Assembly (NCBI GenBank): GCA_001821915.1
Contig: MHOR01000007.1
Coordinates: forward strand, 18,240-33,858
DNA length: 15,619 nt
Direction: 5' to 3'
Source: Candidatus Staskawiczbacteria bacterium RIFCSPHIGHO2_02_FULL_34_10
GTDB lineage: Bacteria > Patescibacteriota > Minisyncoccia > Minisyncoccales > Staskawiczbacteraceae
In this document: positions 1 to 6,680 of the stretch, in pieces
How positions within the stretch are numbered: position 1 is the first letter of the stretch
Layout: every line of letters starts with the position of its first letter
Position numbers and translations under genes: made by a program
The notes under the pieces: generated by a model
Databases searched by the model: none
Seen by the model: the letters and a program-made list of their open reading frames with translations, nothing else
What the model was told of the DNA's origin: nothing

Positions 1-120
1 GTTGCAGGTACTGCTGGTAATGCTGCGCTTGCAGCTGGTAACTTAACTTTAGGGAACCAATTAATAGATTGGGCAAATGAGTTACGAGAAAGATGGATAG
101 AAATCAATACAATGCAATAA
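1..120 (+). CDS. 3' end of an upstream CDS (…VAGTAGNAALAAGNLTLGNQLIDWANELRERWIEINTMQ*); function unknown
   Basis: Open frame 1 running from the window edge to a TAA at 118-120. The next gene starts 4 nt downstream, so the two are probably co-transcribed. No recognisable motif. Confidence 0.4.
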   Translation, partial: VAGTAGNAALAAGNLTLGNQLIDWANELRERWIEINTMQ

Positions 121-124
121 AATT

Positions 125-814
125 ATGGAAAAACCTAAAAATCAAAAAGTAATTTTTGCGCTACCAGGAGAAATAACAATGACTGAAGTTATTTTTCAGA
201 TACTAAAAAATAATGGTTTAGAAGAAAGTATTCAAGAAGCATTTAATAGAGGCACTAATGGAAAGGATTCTCGACTTATAATAGTAAGAGATGCAGCAAT
301 AACTATTGCAGAAAAAAAAATACCTGAAAAAAAGTTAGTTGAGCTTTTAGAAAAACATTTGGAAACTAAAAAACATACTGCTGAAAAAATAGTAAGCGAT
401 ATAAAAGAAAAAATTATTCCCTATGCTAAAATAATTGATCTATCAGGGGAAAAAGTTAAAGAAGCGCCAAAAACTCAAAACCAAAAAGAAAATATTGAGT
501 ACGATAAAGAAGCTTTCAGAGAAGAACTGTTAAAAAAAATAAATGCTAATAGAAATATTCCTGCAGTAGATGAACCTGCCCGCAATGCTTCGCATAGCGA
601 TGCAGGCGGGGAAGAACCACCTATATCTAATGTTAAAAAAGTAGATATTCAAAACGTAGAAAAAAACGCAGAAAATATGCAAAGAGAAGGAAAAAATATT
701 ATTACAGAGGAAAGAAAAGAGCCTACCTTCACTAAAAGCTTAAGTGAGGTAGGAGGAGAAAAGCCACAAATACAAGAAAGTGCGCCAGATAAGTATAAAG
801 AACTAATTGAATGA
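125..814 (+). CDS. Hypothetical Lys/Glu-rich protein, 229 aa
   Basis: Long ORF in an AT-rich context, followed by a strong hairpin terminator. Highly charged, no transmembrane segment, and no family signature I can recognise. Confidence 0.5.
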   Translation: MEKPKNQKVIFALPGEITMTEVIFQILKNNGLEESIQEAFNRGTNGKDSRLIIVRDAAITIAEKKIPEKKLVELLEKHLETKKHTAEKIVSDIKEKIIPYAKIIDLSGEKVKEAPKTQNQKENIEYDKEAFREELLKKINANRNIPAVDEPARNASHSDAGGEEPPISNVKKVDIQNVEKNAENMQREGKNIITEERKEPTFTKSLSEVGGEKPQIQESAPDKYKELIE

Positions 815-829
815 TAGATTTATTTTCAC

Positions 830-875
830 AAAAAAAGAGGGTTGGACAGATGTCCAACCCTTTGTTTTATTTTTT
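830..875. terminator. Bidirectional rho-independent terminator between the convergent genes 125..814 (+) and 867..2090 (-)
   Basis: An A-run (830-836) is followed by a perfect 10-bp stem GGGTTGGACA (839-848), a 2-nt loop, TGTCCAACCC (851-860), then TTTGTTTTATTTTTT (861-875). Confidence 0.65.
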
Positions 876-2090
876 CTCCCCCTTTTCCTTTTGCTGTCTT
901 TCATATTCTTCTCTGGATTCTTTCATTTGATCTGCAACGCTTTTACCCCCGCTACCGGATTTTTTGCTTCCGCCAGAACCACCGCCTGATGAGTTTCCGC
1001 CATCTTCTTTAGCAGAAGTCATGGCCGCTGCGGCGCCAGCAATAGTGCCAATGATTGAGGCTACTATATTACTACCCTCCAAGGGCTTACCACCAGAAGT
1101 AATGTCAATGTTCTTCTGGTCGAAACTACCACCATCTTTCGACATCTCCCTATTACGTAGCCTGCTAAGCTCCTTTTCTTTCTCTTGATAAGCACCAGTA
1201 CCCATAAGGGCACACCTTGCTTTTTGGAGATCTCTCTTGTTTAAGGGGTTAAGGCCCATCCTTGTAACCTCTCCCTTAAACCACTCATCAAGCATGAGTT
1301 CAATGGTCCTGCCAATAATCCTGGCTTTAGCTTTGGCAATGCTTTCGGCGGCTTCTGCTTTTACTATAGCAGCGCCCTTTTCAGCTTGTGCCTCTAATTG
1401 GAGAGTCGCGATCAGCTCAAGATTTTTACCAACTGGCCCCGACACGTGGACATACTCAATCCTAAGGTAGGCCTCGCCAGTACCGGGTTTATTAGTTGTT
1501 AACGGATTATTGTCAAACAATCCGCACCTGCAAAGCAAGCTATCAGGTTTTTGCAATAGATCGTTTACCTTACCGCTTAGCTCTTCGTTTTTCAAGCCAC
1601 CCATTACATCGGTATAGTTGTACTGACCAAATACAGAAAACAAATCGGGAGAAAAAGCTCGCTCTATCCATTTTCTCAGCTCCTCTTCGTCATTAATCGG
1701 AACACCAGAAGCAATGATGGTATCAATTTGATCGTCGTCATCGGGTAGCCCTAAAAAAAAGGTGGCATCGATACCAAGCTTCTGCCAGTCCTTTGATCTG
1801 ACCTGCAACTGTGTCCCCGAAATCTCCCAACTAGGCTTGTTTTCATCTCCTTTATATACTTGTGGCAATTTTTTTTGAGGAATCCTAACCAATTTAATCC
1901 CCCAAAACCATGGCACAAAATGAAGTCCCGAACCAAACCGACCATTGCTACTAGTTAGCTTTTTCTTCTTCAGGCGGCCGAAATACTGAAGCTTGGCGAC
2001 CTCATCAGGATTAATGGTATTGCAAAAAGAAACGATTAGCCAAATCACCACCGCCAGAAACAAGAAACTAATCAAAATGAACATAAGCAT
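867..2090 (-). CDS. SPFH/band-7 (stomatin/flotillin-like) domain membrane protein with an N-terminal TM anchor and a Gly/Ser-rich C-terminal tail. The ORF track extends it to 2135, but the likely start is the ATG at 2088-2090, preceded by AGAGGA.
   Basis: The protein opens with an N-terminal TM helix (MLMFILISFLFLAVVIWLIVSF). Ala/Glu-rich coiled-coil stretches (LQLEAQAEKGAAIVKAEAAESIAKAKARIIG) are typical of SPFH C-terminal regions. A good SD sequence (AGAGGAAAAC) lies 6 nt before the internal Met, whereas the far-upstream Met has none. The gene is visibly GC-richer than all neighbouring genes. Confidence 0.5.
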   Translation of the reverse strand: MLMFILISFLFLAVVIWLIVSFCNTINPDEVAKLQYFGRLKKKKLTSSNGRFGSGLHFVPWFWGIKLVRIPQKKLPQVYKGDENKPSWEISGTQLQVRSKDWQKLGIDATFFLGLPDDDDQIDTIIASGVPINDEEELRKWIERAFSPDLFSVFGQYNYTDVMGGLKNEELSGKVNDLLQKPDSLLCRCGLFDNNPLTTNKPGTGEAYLRIEYVHVSGPVGKNLELIATLQLEAQAEKGAAIVKAEAAESIAKAKARIIGRTIELMLDEWFKGEVTRMGLNPLNKRDLQKARCALMGTGAYQEKEKELSRLRNREMSKDGGSFDQKNIDITSGGKPLEGSNIVASIIGTIAGAAAAMTSAKEDGGNSSGGGSGGSKKSGSGGKSVADQMKESREEYERQQKEKGEKK

Positions 2091-2114
2091 GTTTTCCTCT
2101 CTTCTGTGAATGTT

Positions 2115-2153
2115 TCTCGTTAAATAGTCCGCCACAAACGGAATTTAACGAGA
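2115..2153 (-). promoter_or_regulatory. Perfect 11-bp inverted repeat (TCTCGTTAAAT…17 nt…ATTTAACGAGA) in the 5' leader of the SPFH gene
   Basis: The arms at 2115-2125 and 2143-2153 are exact reverse complements, and the element lies about 25 nt upstream of the proposed ATG at 2090. It may be an operator or a leader hairpin. Confidence 0.3.
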
Positions 2154-2270
2154 AGAAGTTTTTAAAGGACTGTCCAATTGACTTAAAACAATCAAATCAA
2201 TAGGTTATCTTTCTTATATCATAGTAAAGTATTCTTGTCAACCACTTTTTATTAATATTAAATACTATGT

Positions 2271-2300
2271 TGTTTTGTTACTATTTTATGTGATATAATG
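2271..2300 (+). promoter_or_regulatory. Candidate sigma70-type promoter for the plus-strand 4HB/T4SS-like operon (TTGTTT -35, extended -10 TGaTATAAT)
   Basis: An extended -10 element TGATATAAT ends at 2300, with TTGTTT about 18 nt upstream. It sits in the divergent intergenic region between the SPFH gene and the first 4HB gene. Confidence 0.3.
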
Positions 2301-2323
2301 AATAGTGAATTATTAATTTCTAT

Positions 2324-2766
2324 TTTTGAATTTCGAATAAATTTAAAATGATTTAATTTGAAAATTTATGGACAAAAAGTATGATTTAGAAGAAAGAACG
2401 GGGAGTTTTGGAAAAAGTATAATTAATTTTTGTAAATACATCAAACAAGATGTAATAACTAAACCTCTTATAAGCCAACTTATTCGTAGCGGAACAAGTA
2501 TAGGGGCAAATTACATGGAAGCCAATGGCGCAAGTTCAAGAAAAGATTTTAAAAATAAAATACATATTTGTAAAAAAGAATCCCAAGAAACAATGCATTG
2601 GTTAAAAATGATAATAGAATACGAGCCAAATAAAAAAGAACAAGCTATGATACTATGTAAAGAAGCGCAAGAATTAACTTTTATATTCGGAAAAATTATT
2701 TCATCTATGAATTCTAAAAATTCGGCATTCTGATTTTAATCAAAATTCGAAATTAGAAATTCAAAA
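2324..2766 (+). mobile_element. IR-bounded cassette 1 carrying four-helix-bundle gene 4HB-1
   Basis: The left arm TTTTGAATTTCGAATAA (2324-2340) and the right arm ATTCGAAATT[AGAAATT]CAAAA (2745-2766) are inverted copies of each other, apart from a 7-nt tandem duplication in the right arm. The same arms recur at 9861-9941. Confidence 0.4.
2368..2733 (+). CDS. Four-helix-bundle protein (Avd-like / '23S rRNA intervening sequence protein' family), paralog 1, 121 aa
   Basis: The diagnostic central motif LIRSGTSIGANYMEANGASSRKDF (L-x-RS-x-xSI-xAN-x-EG/A… S-x-KDF) is present. The size, about 120 aa, fits the family. Confidence 0.75.
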   Translation: MDKKYDLEERTGSFGKSIINFCKYIKQDVITKPLISQLIRSGTSIGANYMEANGASSRKDFKNKIHICKKESQETMHWLKMIIEYEPNKKEQAMILCKEAQELTFIFGKIISSMNSKNSAF

Positions 2767-2773
2767 TTTAGAC

Positions 2774-3190
2774 GTGGCACAGTATCCCATACCACAATTT
2801 ATTGAAAAAGAAGGAAAAATTATTTCTTTTTTAACCTTTAGACAGTTTTTTTTACTTGCCGGAGGAGGGGGCGCCTGCCTTTTATTGTATTTTATTCTGC
2901 CATTTTTTCTTTTTGCGCTTTGCGCAATAATTATAATGTCTTTAGTCGCAATAATAGCTTTTTTAAGAGTTAATGGGTTTTCTATAATAACAATATTTTT
3001 AAACTTTGTTGGTTTTTTAACAGGCAGTAAAACTTATATATGGAAAAAAGAAGAATCTTCTTATCCATTTAAAGTGTTAAAACGCCAAGAAGTTAAAAGT
3101 ATAGAAGAAGTAAAAACACCAAGTTTTTTAATGAAATCAAAGGCTAGTAAATTAAATGAGATTAAAAAAATGGTAGAATTAAAGAAATAA
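2774..3190 (+). CDS. PrgI/VirB3-like small membrane protein of Gram-positive-type T4SS (GTG start), 138 aa
   Basis: A short N-terminal cytoplasmic segment (…PIPQFIEKEGKIISFLTFRQFFLL) is followed by a double-helix hydrophobic hairpin (AGGGGACLLLYFILPFFLFALCAIIIMSLVAIIAFL). The gene sits immediately upstream of the VirB4-family ATPase, as prgI does relative to prgJ. The assignment rests on architecture and context only. Confidence 0.4.
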   Translation: MAQYPIPQFIEKEGKIISFLTFRQFFLLAGGGGACLLLYFILPFFLFALCAIIIMSLVAIIAFLRVNGFSIITIFLNFVGFLTGSKTYIWKKEESSYPFKVLKRQEVKSIEEVKTPSFLMKSKASKLNEIKKMVELKK

Positions 3191-3210
3191 TTTAGCTAAA
3201 TTATTTCTTT
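3181..3210. repeat. Perfect 30-bp palindrome AAAGAAATAATTTAGCTAAATTATTTCTTT overlapping the stop codon of the PrgI-like gene
   Basis: The 30-mer is its own reverse complement, giving a 14-bp stem with a 2-nt loop. It lies 5 nt before the left IR arm of cassette 2. Confidence 0.5.
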
Positions 3211-3215
3211 AATTA

Positions 3216-3703
3216 GAATCTAGAATCTTGTATCTTGTAGTTGGAATAGAATAAAGAATTATGAATAATAATGAAAATAAAATAAGAAAATTTACAGATC
3301 TTTATGCTTGGCAAGAGGGACATAAGTTAGTTTTAATGGTTTATAAAAATACTGAACAATTTCCAGAAAAAGAGAGATATAGTATTGTAGACCAAATGAG
3401 AAGAGCTGTAGTTTCTTTGACTTCCAATATAGCAGAGGGATTTTCAAGGAGGTCATCAAAAGAGAAAAATAGATTTTATTGCATAGCTCAAGCATCACTA
3501 GTAGAATTATAAAATCAATTTATTATATCTCGCGATGTTGGTTATCTATCAGAAAATGATTTTAAAATAATTGCTGACCAATCAGTTATAGCCAATAAAC
3601 TTTTAAATGGACTCTTAAAAGCTACTAAAGATAAGAAATTTGAGTCTTAGATTCTAAATTCAAAATATTTAATTCAAGATACTAGATACAAGATTCAAGA
3701 TTC
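3216..3703 (+). mobile_element. IR-bounded cassette 2 carrying 4HB-2 (interrupted)
   Basis: GAATCTAGAATCTTGTATCT (3216-3235) and AGATACAAGATTCAAGATTC (3684-3703) are reverse complements at 19 of 20 positions. Together they bracket the 4HB ORF like the stem of an rRNA IVS. Confidence 0.45.
3261..3650 (+). pseudogene. Four-helix-bundle (Avd-like) gene, paralog 2, interrupted by an in-frame TAA at 3510-3512. The N-terminal part is the 83-aa ORF in the track; the family's C-terminal part continues in the same frame to a TAG at 3648-3650.
   Basis: The N-terminal part carries …LYAWQEGHKLVLMVYKNTEQFPEKERYSIVDQMRRAVVSLTSNIAEGFSRRSSKEKNRFYCIAQASLVEL, a classic family motif. After the TAA the same frame reads NQFIISRDVGYLSENDFKIIADQSVIANKLLNGLLKATKDKKFES*, the expected C-terminal helix. 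A single base change (CAA, GAA or AAA to TAA) would explain the interruption. Confidence 0.65.
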
Positions 3704-3710
3704 ATAGTTT

Positions 3711-4373
3711 ATGGAAACAGCAACACAAGAATTTTTAGAAATAAAGGATATTAGAGAAGGTGTTTTGATTTTAAAAAATAACAACATAAGAGGGGTTCTT
3801 ATGGTTTCTTCAACAAATTTTGCTTTAAAGTCTAATGAAGAGCAGTCTGTTATTGTTTATGCATATCAAAACTTTTTAAACTCGCTTGATTTTTCGTGCC
3901 AAATTGTAATTCAATCAAGAAATATTAATATTACTCCCTATTTAGACAGCATTAAAAATTTAGTGGATAAACAGCCCAATGACTTATTAAAAGCGCAAAC
4001 TTCTTCTTATGGCGAATTTATAAAAGAGTTAGTGCATGGGGATAATATTATGACAAAAAACTTTTATGTGGTTGTGCCATATACTTTAACAGAAATACTA
4101 GGGGTAAAAGCTGCTTTATCAGAAACCAGTTTTTTTAAAAGTTTTAGTAAAAGTAAGGATAAAAAACAGCAAATGAAAGACGAAGACTTTGAAAAATGCA
4201 AAAACCAGCTTTGGCAAAGAATGGAGTTTTTAGCTATGGGATTAAAAAGATGCGGCTTAGATGTTATTCCTTTAACAACCCCTGAATTAATAGAGTTATT
4301 TTGGTCTGTCCATCATCCAAGCGAAGCAGAGGTTGGGTATTATCCGGAAATATTGCCAGAACTCCTTAAATAA
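3711..4373 (+). CDS. virB4: N-terminal domain fragment of a VirB4/TraC/PrgJ-family T4SS ATPase, 220 aa, ending at the left edge of cassette 3
   Basis: There is no NTP-binding motif. The sequence resembles the N-terminal region of Gram-positive VirB4 homologues (…IKDIREGVLILKNNNIRGVLMVSSTNFALKSNEEQSVIVYAYQNFLNSLDFSCQIVIQSRNINITPYL…). The downstream 599-aa ORF begins where such proteins continue. The combined length (220 + 599 = 819 aa) matches a full VirB4. Confidence 0.45.
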   Translation: METATQEFLEIKDIREGVLILKNNNIRGVLMVSSTNFALKSNEEQSVIVYAYQNFLNSLDFSCQIVIQSRNINITPYLDSIKNLVDKQPNDLLKAQTSSYGEFIKELVHGDNIMTKNFYVVVPYTLTEILGVKAALSETSFFKSFSKSKDKKQQMKDEDFEKCKNQLWQRMEFLAMGLKRCGLDVIPLTTPELIELFWSVHHPSEAEVGYYPEILPELLK

Positions 4374-4846
4374 TATTAAATATTAAAAAGCAAAAAGCAA
4401 AATGACAAATTAAAATGGAAAATCAAAAAGATAGCAGTAAATTTAAGGTGGAATTTAAAAAAAGATTATATACATTTGTTTTAAAAATGATTGAATTTAT
4501 TGATAAGCTGCCAAATGATAATGTTTCAAGAAGGATAGGGGATCAATTATTAAGAAGTGGAACAAGTATTTTGGGTAATTATATTGAAGGACAATCAGCA
4601 AGTAGTAAAAAAGATTTCATTAATTTTTTTAATCATTCATTAAAATCAGCTAATGAAAGTAAATTGTGGTTTGCAATAATTAGAGACAGTAAAAGAACTA
4701 AAGACTATATTGTTGTTTGGTTTTTAAAAGAATTAGATGAAATAGCAAATATATTCGCATCCAGTATCATAACTCTTAAAGGGAAAAATAAACTTTGATT
4801 TTTGATATGTCATTTTTATATTTGATATTTAATTTTTGATATTATT
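4369..4846 (+). mobile_element. IR-bounded cassette 3 carrying 4HB-3, inserted between the two halves of the VirB4-family gene
   Basis: The left flank is AATAATATTAAATATTAAAAAGCAAAAAGCAAAATGACAAATTAAA. The right flank is TTTTTGATATGTCATTTTTATATTTGATATTTAATTTTTGATATTATT. The two are imperfect inverted copies that share TGTCATTTT/AAAATGACA, ATATTTAAT and AATAATAT/ATATTATT. The TAA stop of the N-terminal half and the ATG of the C-terminal half sit at the cassette edges. Confidence 0.4.
4415..4798 (+). CDS. Four-helix-bundle protein (Avd-like / 23S rRNA IVS protein family), paralog 3, 127 aa
   Basis: Carries the family motif …IGDQLLRSGTSILGNYIEGQSASSKKDFINFFNHSLKSANESKLWF…. Confidence 0.75.
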   Translation: MENQKDSSKFKVEFKKRLYTFVLKMIEFIDKLPNDNVSRRIGDQLLRSGTSILGNYIEGQSASSKKDFINFFNHSLKSANESKLWFAIIRDSKRTKDYIVVWFLKELDEIANIFASSIITLKGKNKL

Positions 4847-6646
4847 ATGAAGTTACCATTCTTCAATAAGAAGGACGACGAAATAGAAGATAAAATGTTT
4901 GTGGAGCAAAATATTGACGTAAAAGACATTATAGCTCCACCATACATTGGCATAACCCAAGATTATATAAAATTAGGGGATAAAATTGCCAAATCTTTTT
5001 TTATTTTTTCTTACCCAAGGTATTTAAACACTGGATGGCTTTCTCCTGTAATTAATTTGGACGTCCAAATGGATATATCTTTTTTTATACATCCTATTAA
5101 TAGTGAATTAATTTTAAAAAAATTAAGGTCTAAAATTACTATGGTATCTTCAGAATTAATGGAAAGGCAAGAAAAGGGCCTAATAAGAGACCCTGCTTTA
5201 GAAACTGGATATCAAGATATTGAAAACTTGCGCGATAAAATTATAACCGCTCAGGAAAGAATGTTTAGGTTTGGGCTTTATATAACTATTTACGAAGAAA
5301 CAGAAGAGAAAATCAAATCAATTGAAGTTAATTTAAGATCAATTTTTGAATCACGCCTAATTTATATAAAACCTTCTTTATTTAAACAAAAGGAAGGTTT
5401 TATTTCAGCTGTCCCGTACGGACTAGATTTAATAAATGTCCATGTGCCAATGGATACAGAACCATTATCAACCACATTTCCTTTCATTTCTTTTGATTTA
5501 AGTTCTAATGAAGGTATTTTATATGGAGTAAATAGGCATAATAATTCTCTTATTTTATTTGATAGATTTACATTAGAAAACTATAATTTAGTTGTTTTTG
5601 CTAAATCTGGATCTGGTAAATCATATGCAATAAAACTAGAAATTTTAAGATATTTAATGTGGGGAATTGACGTTATTGTTATTGACCCAGAAAACGAATA
5701 TGAATTTTTAGCTGATGGAATAGGGGGGAATTTCTTTAAAATATCTTTAAATTCAGATAATCACGTAAATCCTTTTGACTTGCCGCTGCCAGGGCCTGAT
5801 GATGACCCTGAAGATATTTTAAGATCTAACACTATAAACTTAGTTGGATTATTTAGGATAATGTTAGGGGGTTTAACAAGTGAAGAAGACAGTATTTTAG
5901 ACCAAGCCATAACAGAAACATATGCTATAAGAGATATAACCCCGCAATCCGATCCAAATACATGGCAAGAAAATATACCTTTAATGTCTAACTTTGAAGA
6001 AATTTTAGAAAATATAACCCAAGCAGAATCTTTGGTAAGACGCCTTAAAAAATATACAAGAGGAACTTTTTCTGGATTTTTCAACCAACGGTCAAACATA
6101 CAAATTGATAAAAGTTTTATAGTTTTTGGAATAAGAGATATGGAAGAGTCCTTAAGGCCTATTGCTCTTTTTATAGTAATGAGATATGTTTGGAACATAG
6201 TAAGAACAAACATAAAAAAAAGAATTTTGGTGGTTGATGAAGCTTGGTGGTTAATGCAATCAGAGGATGGCGCTTCATTTTTATTTGGTTTAATAAAAAG
6301 AGGCAGAAAATACTGGCTGGGAGTTACCACTATAACTCAAGACATTGAAGACTTTATGAAGTCTCCTTATGGAAAAGCTATTATTACAAACTCTTCACTG
6401 CAACTTTTATTAAAACAATCTCCCGCGGAAGTTGATATATTACAAAAAACATTTGACTTAACAGAACAAGAAAAGATGCTTTTACTGGAAGCATCTGTTG
6501 GAGAAGGGCTTTTCTTTGCTGGTAAAAAACATGTATATATTAGTATAAAAGCCAGCTATACTGAAGACCAAATAATAACCACTAATCCGGGAGAAGTTGA
6601 GAAGATAAAAGAAGCAAAAAGGAGATTAAAACAATCCACAAATTAG
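4847..6646 (+). CDS. virB4: VirB4/TraC/PrgJ-family T4SS ATPase, C-terminal 599 aa including the P-loop NTPase domain
   Basis: Walker A VVFAKSGSGKSYAIK. Walker B RILVVDEAWWL, with the DEAW motif typical of VirB4/TraC. The region before the P-loop (YPRYLNTGWLSPVINLDVQMDISFFIHPI…LRSKIT…ELMERQEKGLIRDPALETGYQDIENLRDKI…ERMFRFGLYITIY) matches the conserved VirB4 middle domain as I recall it. Confidence 0.7.
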   Translation: MKLPFFNKKDDEIEDKMFVEQNIDVKDIIAPPYIGITQDYIKLGDKIAKSFFIFSYPRYLNTGWLSPVINLDVQMDISFFIHPINSELILKKLRSKITMVSSELMERQEKGLIRDPALETGYQDIENLRDKIITAQERMFRFGLYITIYEETEEKIKSIEVNLRSIFESRLIYIKPSLFKQKEGFISAVPYGLDLINVHVPMDTEPLSTTFPFISFDLSSNEGILYGVNRHNNSLILFDRFTLENYNLVVFAKSGSGKSYAIKLEILRYLMWGIDVIVIDPENEYEFLADGIGGNFFKISLNSDNHVNPFDLPLPGPDDDPEDILRSNTINLVGLFRIMLGGLTSEEDSILDQAITETYAIRDITPQSDPNTWQENIPLMSNFEEILENITQAESLVRRLKKYTRGTFSGFFNQRSNIQIDKSFIVFGIRDMEESLRPIALFIVMRYVWNIVRTNIKKRILVVDEAWWLMQSEDGASFLFGLIKRGRKYWLGVTTITQDIEDFMKSPYGKAIITNSSLQLLLKQSPAEVDILQKTFDLTEQEKMLLLEASVGEGLFFAGKKHVYISIKASYTEDQIITTNPGEVEKIKEAKRRLKQSTN

Positions 6647-6680
6647 TAGTTTTTTAAAGAAATAGTGGTATAATAAACCT

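Noticed and set aside
578-612. Local GC-rich patch inside ORF 125..814 (CCTGCCCGCAATGCTTCGCATAGCGATGCAGGCGGGG)
   Set aside because: Only an imperfect hairpin. It is in frame and codes DEPARNASHSDAGGEE, so it is most simply an Ala/Gly/Pro-coding stretch rather than a separate element.
807-1696. Plus-strand ORFs 807..989, 964..1188, 1237..1470 and 1496..1696
   Set aside because: All lie antisense to the long, motif-bearing minus-strand SPFH gene. They exist only because this segment is GC-rich and therefore poor in stop codons, and they carry no motifs.
1751-1945. Minus-strand 64-aa ORF
   Set aside because: An alternative frame inside the SPFH gene.
3292-3498. Minus-strand 68-aa ORF
   Set aside because: Antisense to the 4HB-2 gene, with low-complexity hydrophobic sequence.
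2368-4798. Diversity-generating retroelement (the 4HB genes are Avd-like)
   Set aside because: There is no reverse transcriptase gene. There is also no pair of near-identical roughly 100-bp template and variable repeats differing at adenines anywhere in the window. The 4HB genes appear to be stand-alone paralogs.
2300-4850. CRISPR array suggested by recurring AT-rich motifs
   Set aside because: The repeats are imperfect and inverted rather than direct. They are unevenly spaced, at about 440-480 nt, and each interval contains a protein-coding gene. This is not a repeat-spacer architecture.
5761-6330. Minus-strand 189-aa ORF
   Set aside because: Antisense within the VirB4 ATPase domain, whose Walker motifs fix the coding strand.
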